DNA of 36,337 bases from Candidatus Sigynarchaeum calidifontis (GCA_030587475.2 JAUQYZ020000050.1:1-36337); one strand, 5' to 3'. Shown: positions 8,905-19,410, numbered from the stretch's first letter. Program-made: numbers and translations. The notes: generated from the sequence alone by a model not told the origin.

Positions 8905-9348
8905 ATGGCGGATACGAGAACTGAAGATGACGAGCTGGATCAAATCCGGCAAAAGAAGCTAGCGAGCTTGATGAGAAGACAAGCATCGCCATCATTGCCA
9001 GGCGATGGAAAACCAATTCATGTCGAGTCAGTGGAACAATTCAAGGAAATCATAGAGAATTACCAAGACACGCCCATTCTCATCGATTTCTGGGCGGAAT
9101 GGTGCGGGCCATGCAGAATGCTCGCGCCCGTATATGAAAAAATTGCCGAGATGTACAAGAACCAGGCCATTTTCTTGAAGGTTAACTCGGACGAGCTTGC
9201 ATCGCTCGCCCAGTATTTCCGCGTGACGAGCATACCAGATGTCGTGCTTGTCCATCACAAGGAGGTCAAGGCGGTCTGGATCGGGCTGCGCCCTCTGGAA
9301 TTTTACAAGAGGGAGCTCGACAACCTGCTAGCATCCGTCGAACCGTGA
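8905..9348 (+). CDS. trxA: Thioredoxin
   Basis: IDFWAEWCGPCRMLAP active site and SIP cis-Pro motif. Archaeal-type N-terminal DELDQIRQKKL extension. Confidence 0.95.
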   Translation: MADTRTEDDELDQIRQKKLASLMRRQASPSLPGDGKPIHVESVEQFKEIIENYQDTPILIDFWAEWCGPCRMLAPVYEKIAEMYKNQAIFLKVNSDELASLAQYFRVTSIPDVVLVHHKEVKAVWIGLRPLEFYKRELDNLLASVEP

Positions 9349-9390
9349 TTGATTGTTCTATTTCGAGAACTAATAGCCGGGTGGTCATAC

Positions 9391-9756
9391 ATGCAAGTGT
9401 ACAGGTTCTTCAATGCAAGCGAGAGCGATCCTACCCCTATCCAGCTTGAAAAGCTGTTCGACTGCTTGCTGGGGTTGTCCCGCGCCGAGATTTCCGTGCT
9501 CATGCGTATCCTCGCCCATCCAGGTAATTGCTGCCAGGAGCTAGCACGAGCGGAGAGAAAAGACCGTTCCGTCGTGCAAAAGGTGGTGAAGAAATTGTTC
9601 GATCGCGGCTTGATCCGGCGCGAGGAGCTCGAACGGGGTAAGTTGACATACATGCCTCTCCCGCCAGACGAGATGCGTGACTTGCTTCTGCGCCGGATCG
9701 ATGAGACCCGCTTGCGCATGATTGACGTGGTCTATCGGGCATTCGGTCGGGCGTGA
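9391..9756 (+). CDS. Winged-HTH transcriptional regulator (archaeal COG3355/TrmB/MarR-like)
   Basis: CLLGLSRAEISVL...ELARAERKDRSVVQKVVKKLFDRGLIRR...LTYMP pattern. Contains three Cys, including a CC pair. Confidence 0.8.
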   Translation: MQVYRFFNASESDPTPIQLEKLFDCLLGLSRAEISVLMRILAHPGNCCQELARAERKDRSVVQKVVKKLFDRGLIRREELERGKLTYMPLPPDEMRDLLLRRIDETRLRMIDVVYRAFGRA

Positions 9757-9858
9757 TTCCTCCGAAAATCGCGTTCATTACATGTTAACATGTGCCGCAT
9801 GTACCGAATGTCCCAAGCCTGTACAATCCCTCAAGCAATGATAAAGGAGGTAAAAGGG

Positions 9859-10494
9859 TTATGCGGTGTCGGTTTTCGGCGCGGAAAGCAGCACGGACTT
9901 GAGCAGCTTGCACTCACGAATGGGCACGATCTCGTTCGCGATGCGCTTGATGTCCCGCTCGATGTTACCAAACACCATTTCTTGCACGAATTCCTTGCAG
10001 CCAAGCGTGTTGCCTTTTTCGGTGAGAATATCAGAGATGATCTTCCGGATGGTTTTCTGCTGGGAACTCTTCGCCATGTTGAGCGTGAAGACTGTACCCG
10101 TGATGCGGAACACGTAATCGTCTTTCGTCTTGATGTCGATGATGTTCTGGATGCGGTTGGAGCCCCTGCGTATGAGGCTACGGATGAAATCCCTCGTCAG
10201 CTCGTGACCTATAAATTGCGTGTTGGCGAGGTTCCCGTTTACTTTATTGATGCGGAACCGTAACTTGATGCTTGCATCCTCGAAATCTTGCGTGAAATCG
10301 AATAAAGAGTTTTCCAACACGCGCTGGTACAATATTTCTTCCTCGGCCGCTGGTGTTTGGCCGATATAAATGTTATCGAATTCGGGAGACGCGTGGATCT
10401 CGTACCACTGTTTTGCTTTCCAGCGGTCGACCACTTTCTTTCCCCGGCGCTTTGATGCCGTGGGAGCAGCCCCTTCTTGCTTGGCTTTCACCAT
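9859..10494 (-). CDS. rps3ae: 30S ribosomal protein S3Ae (eS1)
   Basis: DRWKAKQWYEIHASPEF, TQFIGHELTRDFIRSLIRRGSNRI, QQKTIRKI and IVPIR motifs. Confidence 0.96.
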   Translation of the reverse strand: MVKAKQEGAAPTASKRRGKKVVDRWKAKQWYEIHASPEFDNIYIGQTPAAEEEILYQRVLENSLFDFTQDFEDASIKLRFRINKVNGNLANTQFIGHELTRDFIRSLIRRGSNRIQNIIDIKTKDDYVFRITGTVFTLNMAKSSQQKTIRKIISDILTEKGNTLGCKEFVQEMVFGNIERDIKRIANEIVPIRECKLLKSVLLSAPKTDTA

Positions 10495-11006
10495 TAAAGA
10501 TCACGTTGAGTATCCGAACATCGGTACAAGGGATTGAAATCACGGCCGTATTAAACCATTCTTTTGCGGCACGGCCGTTCTTGTGAAAATCATCCGCACG
10601 TTGATGACCATGTTGAATACCCGCCCCCTTCCAGATATCACGTGATGATCGAAGTTCTGGAAGTAAACATTATTCACGTGCGCGGTTTGCACGAGTCCCG
10701 ATCAAATGTCGTTCTAGGCCATAATATAGGCTAAAGCAAACCGGATAACATCTGATTGGAACCGGTATTAATTCTTCTGGTATTGCGAAACTCGCAAACC
10801 AGCTGATTTCAAGTCGTGAATAACGCAACGCTCTCAGCTATATTTGATTCTTCGTGTCACAAAACGGGTTCTTTTCGCAAAAACCAAGCATGTCGGGCCG
10901 CTTTCTGTCGCTTTGCTTTTTATCATTTCGTTATTTTGCCGAGTTTTCGTGATAGCGAAAACAAATAAATACCCGCAAACGTAAGGTTAATCGCCGGGAG
11001 TGGATC

Positions 11007-11237
11007 ATGATGAATAAAGCGCTAAATGTTACATCAAGCAAGGGGGGGCGTTATCCCAATCCGAAATATGCACGTCCCTTCGTGGCAGAAGTCTTTAAGG
11101 TACATGATCCACCATGCCCTAGCTGTAAAAATGATATGGAATTCTACATCTTCGAGAACTTCCAAGGCACGGGACAAGATTACATACAATGGTCTTGCGA
11201 GGGATGCGGTTTCTTCAAGAATGTCGAGATATTGTGA
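11007..11237 (+). CDS. Small Zn-ribbon protein
   Basis: 76 aa with CPSC and CEGC. GGAG upstream of the start. Confidence 0.6.
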   Translation: MMNKALNVTSSKGGRYPNPKYARPFVAEVFKVHDPPCPSCKNDMEFYIFENFQGTGQDYIQWSCEGCGFFKNVEIL

Positions 11238-11292
11238 TCTCGCGGAGAGCTTGATTCGTTTTTTTCCTGAAAGTTAATGCTTCAAGTGAGTG

Positions 11293-12507
11293 TCATTTTG
11301 CTTTTTTATTGCTTGCGAGCGGTGAAATGGCCCGAAGGGAACTCACGATCTCCTTTAACGTGTCCACGAAGCGATCTGCCATCTCTTTCGTCGTCGAACG
11401 CCCTATCGTGACCCGCAAGCTGCCGTGGGCGGTTTCCGGGTCCCGGCCGATGGCGAGGAGCACGTGGGATGCCTTCAAGTTATGGGAGGAGCACGCTGAC
11501 CCGGTCGACACCTCGAACCCTGCCAAGTCTAGACGCAAGAGCATCGACTCGCCCTCGACGTACTTCATGCTCACGTTCACGTTGTTCGGGAGCCGCTTGG
11601 TGCGGTGGCCGTTGAGCATGCTGTCGTCGATCTCGCGGAGGATCCGGTCGATCATCCAGTCCCGGATAGCCATTTCCCGGTTGCTTTCCTCGCTCATATC
11701 ACGGAACGCGATCTCGCAAGCCTTCGCGAGACCGGCAATCCCGGCGACGTTTTCAGTTGCGGGTCGGAAACCGCGCTCGTGGCCACCACCGTGGATGATT
11801 GGCTGCACGTACTTTCCGATTTTCTTCGTGAATCCACCCCCCTTGATGTACAAGAAGCCGACGCCCTTCGGCCCGTAGATCTTGTGTGCGGATGCGGAGA
11901 GCATATCGACGCCCAACTTGCTTGGGTCGGTGGAGATCTTGCCGAATGATTGCACTGCGTCCGTGTGGAACACGATCCCCCTGGCCGCGCATATCTCGCC
12001 AATCTCGGCGATCGGCTGGATCGTCCCGATTTCATTGTTCGCGTGCATGATCGTGACGAGGATCGTCTCGGGCGTGATGGCCGCACGGAATTTTTCCATG
12101 TCCAGGATGCCGTCCGCATTAACGGGCACTGCGGTGGTCTTGAACCCCCCCGCTTCGAGCTGCTTGACGGTATTCAAGACAGCTGGATGTTCGATCGCCG
12201 ACGTGATCACGTGGTTGCCCCGCTTGCGCCCGGCGAGCGCAGCCCCCTGGATGGCAATGTTGTCCGACTCTGTGCCGCTGCCCGTGAACACGATCTCCTC
12301 GGGCATGGCCCCTATACACCGGGCGACCGTGGCCCGCGCCCGCTCCACGATCTCCCGGGCATCCTGGCCGATCCCGTGCAGCGATGACGGGTTCCCTGGG
12401 TGGTGCCGGTACACGTCGACCATTACATCGAGCACCTCTGGCAATACTGGTGTCGTGGCGGCGTGGTCCAGGTATATTTTTTCTCCAGCATTCAAATCAA
12501 TGCACAT
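11293..12507 (-). CDS. iscS: Cysteine desulfurase (IscS/NifS group I)
   Basis: IYLDHAATTP, GNPSS, HTDAVQ, SAHKIYGPKGVG (PLP Lys) and STGSACSS (catalytic Cys). Confidence 0.95.
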   Translation of the reverse strand: MCIDLNAGEKIYLDHAATTPVLPEVLDVMVDVYRHHPGNPSSLHGIGQDAREIVERARATVARCIGAMPEEIVFTGSGTESDNIAIQGAALAGRKRGNHVITSAIEHPAVLNTVKQLEAGGFKTTAVPVNADGILDMEKFRAAITPETILVTIMHANNEIGTIQPIAEIGEICAARGIVFHTDAVQSFGKISTDPSKLGVDMLSASAHKIYGPKGVGFLYIKGGGFTKKIGKYVQPIIHGGGHERGFRPATENVAGIAGLAKACEIAFRDMSEESNREMAIRDWMIDRILREIDDSMLNGHRTKRLPNNVNVSMKYVEGESMLLRLDLAGFEVSTGSACSSHNLKASHVLLAIGRDPETAHGSLRVTIGRSTTKEMADRFVDTLKEIVSSLRAISPLASNKKAK

Positions 12508-12802
12508 CGACAAAACTATTGAATTCTATATCTCAATATCGCGCATGGTAAAAGAATTATCTTGGTTTTTCTAATGTATTCGCCCTAAGGTAAAACACGT
12601 GGAGATAAAATGTTCATTTGTTTCTGGAAAAACGCAGTGCTATCACTTCACGCGGTGTTTCCACGATTATACGTTACAGATTCGTTCGAAGCATAGCTTA
12701 TAATGTCTACGTTATGTATGGCAAGGAATAGAATATTTATCTATTTTAGAACCTAGTTTTTAGATGGTCTTACCTAGAGGACAACAATAGGTTGAAATAA
12801 AC

Positions 12803-15800
12803 ATGAAAAAATTACCCAATTTCGCGTTAATGATAAGCATTCTTTTCACGTCTGCCATTTTATGCTCCTATTTTTGCATCGAGATGGTCAATTTCGATAA
12901 ATCCCGTTCCGCAAGCAAAAACCTCGGCGAAATCAGACAGGCAACCCCTCATCCCGTCATCGTTGTCGATGGGGACGTGGAACTTGGCAGCGTGCCGGGC
13001 ATAACCGGGAATGGAATTGAAGGCGACCCGTTCGTCCTCGATAGCTTCGAGATCAACGGGACCGGTTCATCATACGGTATCTATATCAGAAATACCAAAA
13101 GCTGGTTGAGGATCAGCCATTGCTCGATTTTCAAAGCATATTACGGGATCCTCTTGGAAAACTGCACGAATGTCGTCGTGGAGCATAACAACATAACTTA
13201 TAACACGGATACAGCTCTAAAAATCGAAAATTGTCGAAACATCTCGGTGAACAGTAACAATCTTGAACATAGCGATAAAGGATTGTGGCCGAGGTACGTG
13301 AATAACACGAGCATCACGAATAACAACGTGACATGGGCAAGGCTCGGGATGTACTTGGATCGTTGCTTGAACGTGAGTATTACATACAATAACGCTTCTC
13401 GCAATTCGGATCTAGGATGCTCTCTGAATTATTGCACGGTGCGCTCCCCCATCAAGAACAACACGTTCGATCACAATGCAGGGAATGGGTTTTCCGTGAG
13501 CGGCACGAACAACACGAACATCACCGGAAACTATGCCCGGTATAATGGTGGTTCTGGTATTGCGTTAAGCAGCTCGTTCAATAGTATTATCGCGTCAAAC
13601 ATTGTCTTGCATAATAAAGTTGGCATCGAGTTGAATAACTTCTGCAATGGAACGAAAGTCGTTCGAAACAACGCGTCCTTTAACACGGAAGCGGGCTTGA
13701 AAATGGAATCGATACGGAACGTCACGGTCTCGAATAACAATTTAACATGGAATAATTATGGCGCCAGGCTATCATTCACTTCCAACATCACGTTCTCGAT
13801 GAACAACGTGTCCTGGAATGATAGGAATGGATTGGACTGCTTTTTTTCGAGCAACAACACGGTAAAGAACAATGAGCTCTCCAACAACGGTGGAAGCGGG
13901 CTTTATCTATCAGTAGGCCAGTTCAACCACGTGTTCTCGAATAATATGGCCTTCAACCAAGCGAACGGTGCGACCATCTATGGATACAACAACAACTCCC
14001 TCTATTCGAATATAATAGCCCACAATTTCAACCACGGGATATCCATCGAGCAAACTCATAACAACACTGTATACTTGAACAACGTGACGAGCAGCGGTCG
14101 GGTCGGGATCAACGTGGAATATTCCCATGATAACTTGATATTCACGAACCGTGTCTGCGGGAGTGGCTGGTCAGAAGGTTACTGCTCTGGCACCGGTAAC
14201 AAATGGGACAATGGCTCGCGCGGTAACTGGTGGGGCGATTATAAAGCACGCTACCCCTATGCTGATTTCGACGCGGTCGAATGGAAGACCCCATACCAGA
14301 TAAACACCACGACGTGCCACGACAACCATCCCTTGATCTTGTACCCGGTCGTCTCGCACCCGCCAGACCTGGTCTACCTGGAAGGTACAACCGGGCATAA
14401 AATCACGTGGGTCGTGAATGGTTCGGCCATCACGACCGGCCTCTTCAACATCACGAGGGACGGCACCTTCTTGATGTCGAGCGGGTGGACATCGGGCACG
14501 CCTATCGAGGCGATCGTCGATGGCTTGTCCGAAGGAGAATACGAATATAAACTCGTCGCGTGGGACGGCACGGGTGAAACTTGCCAGGACATCGTGTGGG
14601 TGATCGTAAACGTCGCTCCAGCCATCGAAACCCCGCCAAGCGATATCATCTACGTGTACGGGGAATCCGGAAACGAGATTTCCTGGATCATCACGGACAC
14701 GAGCATGGGAACGGCTACCTACTTGATATTGCAGAATGGATCGAGCGTGGATAGCGGGTCGTGGATCTCTGGAGATCCCGTTACCATCAACGTTGATGGT
14801 CTCGCTGTGGGGGATTACAACTACACGATCATCGCAGATGACGGGCTCGGTGGCATCATCGTTGACGAAGTCATCGTCCACGTCATCAATCTTGACCCGA
14901 CCATCACGAATCCGGCAGACATCACTTGTGATCGCGGTGGCACGTCCGTCTTTGTTAATTGGACGATCACAGATTCAAGCGTTGCGGTTGGTGGGAGTTA
15001 TTTCAAAATCTATCTTGATAACGTTTTTCAGTATTCTGATCTATGGGTTCCTGAAATACCCGTCAGCGTATTGGTTAATTGGTTTAATGTTGGGGTGCAC
15101 AATCTCACGATCATCGCGTACGATGGCTGGGGCGGTAGCGTGGCCGATCAAGTGAACGTGACCGTGCTCAACGTCGCGCCGGTTCTCAACAGTCCCCCTA
15201 TCGACATTTCATACGAGTTCAATGGAGGTGGATTCAATTGGGTTTGTTGGACGTTCCATGATGATAGTATCGCTTTGGGCGCGTTTTACGAGATTTACGT
15301 GGATGGCGGTTTGGTTATCTATTCGACCGAATGGAATTCAGGTACAGATATATGGTATCGTGTCGATTTCCTGAGTCTCGGTGACCACAACGTCACGATA
15401 CGCATCGATGACGGTTATGGAAGCACTCTCCAAGACGAGGTTACCGTGCACGTGTACAACGTGGATCCGGTCGTGACACATCCAGCGGACGTGAGTTTCG
15501 TGCAAGGCACATCCGGCAATTCGATTTCATGGACAGTTACCGACTTGAGCTACATGCTGCACAATTACTCGATCTTCGTCGATGGTGTTAAGAGGGCATC
15601 GGGATATTGGAACTCGGGTTCGCCCATACATTTCAACGTCGACAGCTTGTCTGTCGGCACGCACAACGTCACGATCGTGGTTGATGATGGCATTACTCAA
15701 GTGCAAGACACCGTGATCGTGACCGTCCAAGCAAGAACGATTCCTCCGGACAATACGGCCCTCGCGATGTTCATCGTGCTCATCTGTGTCAGTGGAGCCG

Positions 15801-15874
15801 CGGGGGTTGGCATTGTCGTGATTGTCAAGAAAAAGAAGGGGTTATCTCGCCGGGATGCAAGTGAAAGCAAATAA
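12803..15874 (+). CDS. Secreted, membrane-anchored surface protein: NosD/right-handed parallel beta-helix, five Ig-like repeats and a C-terminal TM anchor
   Basis: N-terminal signal peptide, Asn-rich beta-helix repeats, WDNGSRGNWWGDY...DNHPL closing motif, repeated W..TD/W.SG/DG.G...D.V.V.V units, then a TM helix and KKKK. Confidence 0.88.
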   Translation: MKKLPNFALMISILFTSAILCSYFCIEMVNFDKSRSASKNLGEIRQATPHPVIVVDGDVELGSVPGITGNGIEGDPFVLDSFEINGTGSSYGIYIRNTKSWLRISHCSIFKAYYGILLENCTNVVVEHNNITYNTDTALKIENCRNISVNSNNLEHSDKGLWPRYVNNTSITNNNVTWARLGMYLDRCLNVSITYNNASRNSDLGCSLNYCTVRSPIKNNTFDHNAGNGFSVSGTNNTNITGNYARYNGGSGIALSSSFNSIIASNIVLHNKVGIELNNFCNGTKVVRNNASFNTEAGLKMESIRNVTVSNNNLTWNNYGARLSFTSNITFSMNNVSWNDRNGLDCFFSSNNTVKNNELSNNGGSGLYLSVGQFNHVFSNNMAFNQANGATIYGYNNNSLYSNIIAHNFNHGISIEQTHNNTVYLNNVTSSGRVGINVEYSHDNLIFTNRVCGSGWSEGYCSGTGNKWDNGSRGNWWGDYKARYPYADFDAVEWKTPYQINTTTCHDNHPLILYPVVSHPPDLVYLEGTTGHKITWVVNGSAITTGLFNITRDGTFLMSSGWTSGTPIEAIVDGLSEGEYEYKLVAWDGTGETCQDIVWVIVNVAPAIETPPSDIIYVYGESGNEISWIITDTSMGTATYLILQNGSSVDSGSWISGDPVTINVDGLAVGDYNYTIIADDGLGGIIVDEVIVHVINLDPTITNPADITCDRGGTSVFVNWTITDSSVAVGGSYFKIYLDNVFQYSDLWVPEIPVSVLVNWFNVGVHNLTIIAYDGWGGSVADQVNVTVLNVAPVLNSPPIDISYEFNGGGFNWVCWTFHDDSIALGAFYEIYVDGGLVIYSTEWNSGTDIWYRVDFLSLGDHNVTIRIDDGYGSTLQDEVTVHVYNVDPVVTHPADVSFVQGTSGNSISWTVTDLSYMLHNYSIFVDGVKRASGYWNSGSPIHFNVDSLSVGTHNVTIVVDDGITQVQDTVIVTVQARTIPPDNTALAMFIVLICVSGAAGVGIVVIVKKKKGLSRRDASESK
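14350..15730 (+). repeat. Five tandem ~92-98 aa Ig-like domain repeats within the surface protein
   Basis: Repeat starts SHPPDLVY, TPPSDIIY, TNPADITC, SPPIDISY and THPADVSF. Each has W-x2-(T/H/N), W.SG and L..G.(Y/H)N.TI...DG. Confidence 0.75.
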
Positions 15875-16001
15875 TACAGAGTGAAAAGAGTACAAGAGTG
15901 GAGTTCACAAGGAAAAACGCCGTGATTCCATCTTTTTTTCTCTTATTTATGATCGTTCCTTGGTAAACAATATTTTTCTTCTCCCCCACCAATTGAGTAT
16001 C

Positions 16002-17030
16002 ATGAGTTTGGAGTTGCCTCGCTGGGCGATGGGGCCGTTCATCCGCCCCGAGGGCCAGAACCCGGTCCTACGCCCTGATCCGGACTTCGTATTTCGATGT
16101 CCCGTGCGAAAAAAAGCAGTTCATTGGGAAGCGCTGCACGTCTTCAATCCCGCGGCTATCGTGTTCAACGACAAGGTCTATTTGCTCTATCGCGCCGAGG
16201 ATGATTATGGAAAGATGAAGATCGGCAGGCATACGAGCCGGATCGGCCTGGCCTGGAGCGAGGACGGTATCCATTTCCAAAAATCCCCGGAGCCCGTCCT
16301 ATTTCCTGGCGGCGACGACCAGAAACGGTACGAGTGGCCAGGTGGCTGCGAGGACCCCCGCATCGTGGAGGGGGAGAATGGCGAGTTCGTGCTCGCTTAC
16401 ACGCAAAAGGACCATCTCATCTCCCGGCTCGGCATCGCCACGTCGAAGGACCTGGTGCATTGGAAGAAGCACGGGCAAGCGTTCCACGATAACGTGCCGC
16501 CATGGACGAGCCTGGGCACGAAAGCGGCGTCTATCGTCTGCTCGGTCGTCGACGGGCGGCTAAAAGCCACGAGAGTAAACGGCAAATACTTGATGTATAC
16601 GGGCGTCCGGGGCATCCGCACGGCGACATCGGACGACCTGATCCATTGGGTGCCGCATGATTGGATCGTCAAGCGACGGGAAGGATTTTTCGACGTGCTC
16701 GTCGTCGAGGCGGGGCCCCCCGCTGTCTTGACCGGCGATGGCATCGTCTTGATCTACAACGGCAAGAACGATGCCGAGCGAGGGGATAAAACGCTGTCGC
16801 ACCACCTCTATACAGCTGGTCAATTGCTGTTCGATGCCCAGAATCCCACGAGGTGCATCGGCCGCCTGGATCACCCGTTTTACAAGCCTGAATTGCCTTT
16901 TGAACTGACCGGGCAATACGTTGCTGGTGACACGTTCATTGAAGGGCTTGTCTATTTCCGGGAGAAGTGGTTCATGTATTATGGTTGTGCGGACTCCGTG
17001 GTCGGCGTGGCTATCTGGGATCCGAAATGA
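16002..17030 (+). CDS. Glycoside hydrolase family 130 (DUF377, five-bladed beta-propeller) protein
   Basis: VFNPAA, LLYRAED, SRIGLAWSEDGIHF, GCEDPRI, VEAGPP, FIEGLV and MYYGCADS motifs. Confidence 0.88.
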   Translation: MSLELPRWAMGPFIRPEGQNPVLRPDPDFVFRCPVRKKAVHWEALHVFNPAAIVFNDKVYLLYRAEDDYGKMKIGRHTSRIGLAWSEDGIHFQKSPEPVLFPGGDDQKRYEWPGGCEDPRIVEGENGEFVLAYTQKDHLISRLGIATSKDLVHWKKHGQAFHDNVPPWTSLGTKAASIVCSVVDGRLKATRVNGKYLMYTGVRGIRTATSDDLIHWVPHDWIVKRREGFFDVLVVEAGPPAVLTGDGIVLIYNGKNDAERGDKTLSHHLYTAGQLLFDAQNPTRCIGRLDHPFYKPELPFELTGQYVAGDTFIEGLVYFREKWFMYYGCADSVVGVAIWDPK

Positions 17031-17346
17031 TGCCATCCCGAACGAAGGATTTTCAGAACCTCGATCCTGGCATCGTTCTCTTGTCCTCCTTATTCCTTCC
17101 CTTATGTGTGTGGGACGAAACGCTCGAGATCGAGCGGGATCCGCGTGCTCGTGTGCGTGACGGGTTATTCGTGATCGATCGATCTTCAGTATAGGAAAAT
17201 AACAACCGAAGATAGATCCAAGGGCGTGTTTCTCCCGCCTCTGACTGCAAAAAATATTAAACGGCGTTCATGAGCTGCATCAAGCCCAATCTAGTGGGTA
17301 TGAGTTAGGGTTATTATCTTTCGGATTATCAAGGTGCGAGTGTACC

Positions 17347-19410
17347 ATGTCTGCAGACAAAGGAACAGCATCGATCGAGAATGTCGATGCCGAAAAACAA
17401 AAGATCTACTACCCGAATCCAGAGCTCGCCAAGAACGCTCGGATCAAGGATATGAAACAATACAAGGCCTTGTGGGAGCAGTCGATCAAGGATCCCGAGA
17501 AATTCTGGGGAAACGAGGCGAAAATGGTCGACTGGATCGAACCATTCAAGATGGTATGGAAAAAACCGGCAGACAAGAAGGAATTCGTCGGTGAATGGTT
17601 CTATGGTGGCAAGTTAAATGTTGCCTACAACTGCGTTGACCGCTGGGCCAAGAAATACCCCGACGCGACGGCGCTCATCTGCGTCAGGGAAACCGAGAAG
17701 CTTGACAAGGTCGACAAGTACACGTACAAGACCTTGCTCGAGAAGATGAACAAGACGGCCAACGCGCTCAAGTCGCTCGGCGTGAAAAAGGGCGACCGGG
17801 TCTGTATCTGGCTGCCAATGATCGACATGTTACCCATCACGATGCTTGCATGCGCTCGTATCGGAGCCATTCATAATGTCGTTTTTGGCGGCTTTTCCGC
17901 CGATTCCGTGGTAGAGCGGATCAACGACTCGGCCTGCAAGCTCCTGGTCGTCGCTGACGAGGTCATGCGCTCTGGCAAGGCGCGCCCCATGAAGGAAAAC
18001 CTCAAGGGGCTCATCGAGAAATGCCCGTCCATCGAGAAGGTCTGCGTCGTAAAATTGACCGGCAATCCGAACGTCTACAAATACGAGAAAGACATCGACT
18101 TTTCGGCGCTCATCGAGAAGCAGAATACTGATTGCCCATATGAAACCATGGATTCGGAGGATCCCCTTTTCATATTGTACACGTCGGGCTCGACAGGCAA
18201 ACCCAAAGGTGTCGTGCACACGACGGCTGGTTACCTCATCTACGGGATGGTTTCAAACAAGTACGTGTGGGATTACTCATGTCTCATCGATATGAAGGGC
18301 GAAACTGACCCATCGAAGCGCGATGTTTGGTATTGCACCGCGGACATCGGGTGGATTACCGGCCACACGCAGATCGTCTATAGTCCGCTCGCGCTTGGAG
18401 CCATCTCAGTCATGTACGAGGGTGTACCAACTTGGCCTCACGGAGGCCGGTTCTGGGAGATTTGCGAGAAATTTGGTGTCACGCACTTCTACACGGCCCC
18501 CACGGCTCTCCGCTCGCTCATGTCAATCGGTAACGAAAACGTGACGAAGTGGAACCTCGATAAGCTCAAAATGCTCGGCACGGTTGGCGAGGTCTGTAAT
18601 TTCCCTGAATGGAAATGGTATTGGACTATCGTTGGCAAGGGCACGACTGGCGACAAGCCCGTCGGTCGCCCGATCGTCGATTCCTATTGGCAAACCGAGA
18701 CCGGCAGCTACATGATGGTTAACCTTGGCGCTATAACGCCCATGAAGCCTGGATCATGTACTTTCCCTTTCTTCGGCATCAACCCCGTTCTCCTCGACGA
18801 GGAAGGTAAAAAGGTCACGGAACCGAACACGCAAGGGTATTTCTGCTACGATATGCCCTGGCCTGGCATCATGCGCACGGTCTGGGGTGATCACCAGCGT
18901 TTCATCAACACGTACCTCGTGCAGTTCCCTGGCTATTATGTCACGGGTGATTTCGCGTTAAAAGACAAGGACGGGTATTGGTTCATCCTCGGCCGGGCTG
19001 ACGACGTGATCAAGGTGTCCGGCCACCGCCTCGGTTCTGCAGAGGTCGAGGCCGCCATCAACAGCCATCCCAAGGTCGCCGAGAGTGCCATCGTGCCGTA
19101 CCCGCACCCTGTCAAGGGGAGCACGATCTTTGCCTACGTCACGCTGATGAAAGGCGTCGAGCCATCCGACGCGCTCAAGGCCGACATCCAGAAGCACGTG
19201 CGCACGGTCGCCGGCCCCGCGGTGTTTCCAGAAATCATCATGTTCACCCCGGCAGTCCCGAAGACCCGGTCGGGCAAGATTATGCGGCGCATCCTCAAGG
19301 CCATTGCCTTACAAGAGAGTAAACTTGGCGACATCACGACACTGGCGAATCCAGAGGTTGTCGATGCATTGATCGAAGCTCGCAAGAAACTAGGCGAGAT
19401 CAAGTTCTAA
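17347..19410 (+). CDS. acs: Acetyl-CoA synthetase (AMP-forming)
   Basis: YTSGSTGKPKG, ADIGWITGH, WQTETG, GRADDVIKVSGHRLG and PKTRSGKIMRR motifs. Confidence 0.95.
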   Translation: MSADKGTASIENVDAEKQKIYYPNPELAKNARIKDMKQYKALWEQSIKDPEKFWGNEAKMVDWIEPFKMVWKKPADKKEFVGEWFYGGKLNVAYNCVDRWAKKYPDATALICVRETEKLDKVDKYTYKTLLEKMNKTANALKSLGVKKGDRVCIWLPMIDMLPITMLACARIGAIHNVVFGGFSADSVVERINDSACKLLVVADEVMRSGKARPMKENLKGLIEKCPSIEKVCVVKLTGNPNVYKYEKDIDFSALIEKQNTDCPYETMDSEDPLFILYTSGSTGKPKGVVHTTAGYLIYGMVSNKYVWDYSCLIDMKGETDPSKRDVWYCTADIGWITGHTQIVYSPLALGAISVMYEGVPTWPHGGRFWEICEKFGVTHFYTAPTALRSLMSIGNENVTKWNLDKLKMLGTVGEVCNFPEWKWYWTIVGKGTTGDKPVGRPIVDSYWQTETGSYMMVNLGAITPMKPGSCTFPFFGINPVLLDEEGKKVTEPNTQGYFCYDMPWPGIMRTVWGDHQRFINTYLVQFPGYYVTGDFALKDKDGYWFILGRADDVIKVSGHRLGSAEVEAAINSHPKVAESAIVPYPHPVKGSTIFAYVTLMKGVEPSDALKADIQKHVRTVAGPAVFPEIIMFTPAVPKTRSGKIMRRILKAIALQESKLGDITTLANPEVVDALIEARKKLGEIKF

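Noticed and set aside
10598-10760. C/D-box sRNA (GTGATGA at about 10642, CTGA at about 10752)
   Set aside because: The spacing of about 110 nt is too long for typical archaeal C/D guides, and there are no clear internal C'/D' boxes.
17025-17080. ATGATGCCA...TGGCATCGT hairpin after the GH130 stop as a SECIS
   Set aside because: It pairs by Watson-Crick through the ATGA, with no opposing GA quartet or correctly spaced apical AA, and GH130 has no internal UGA.
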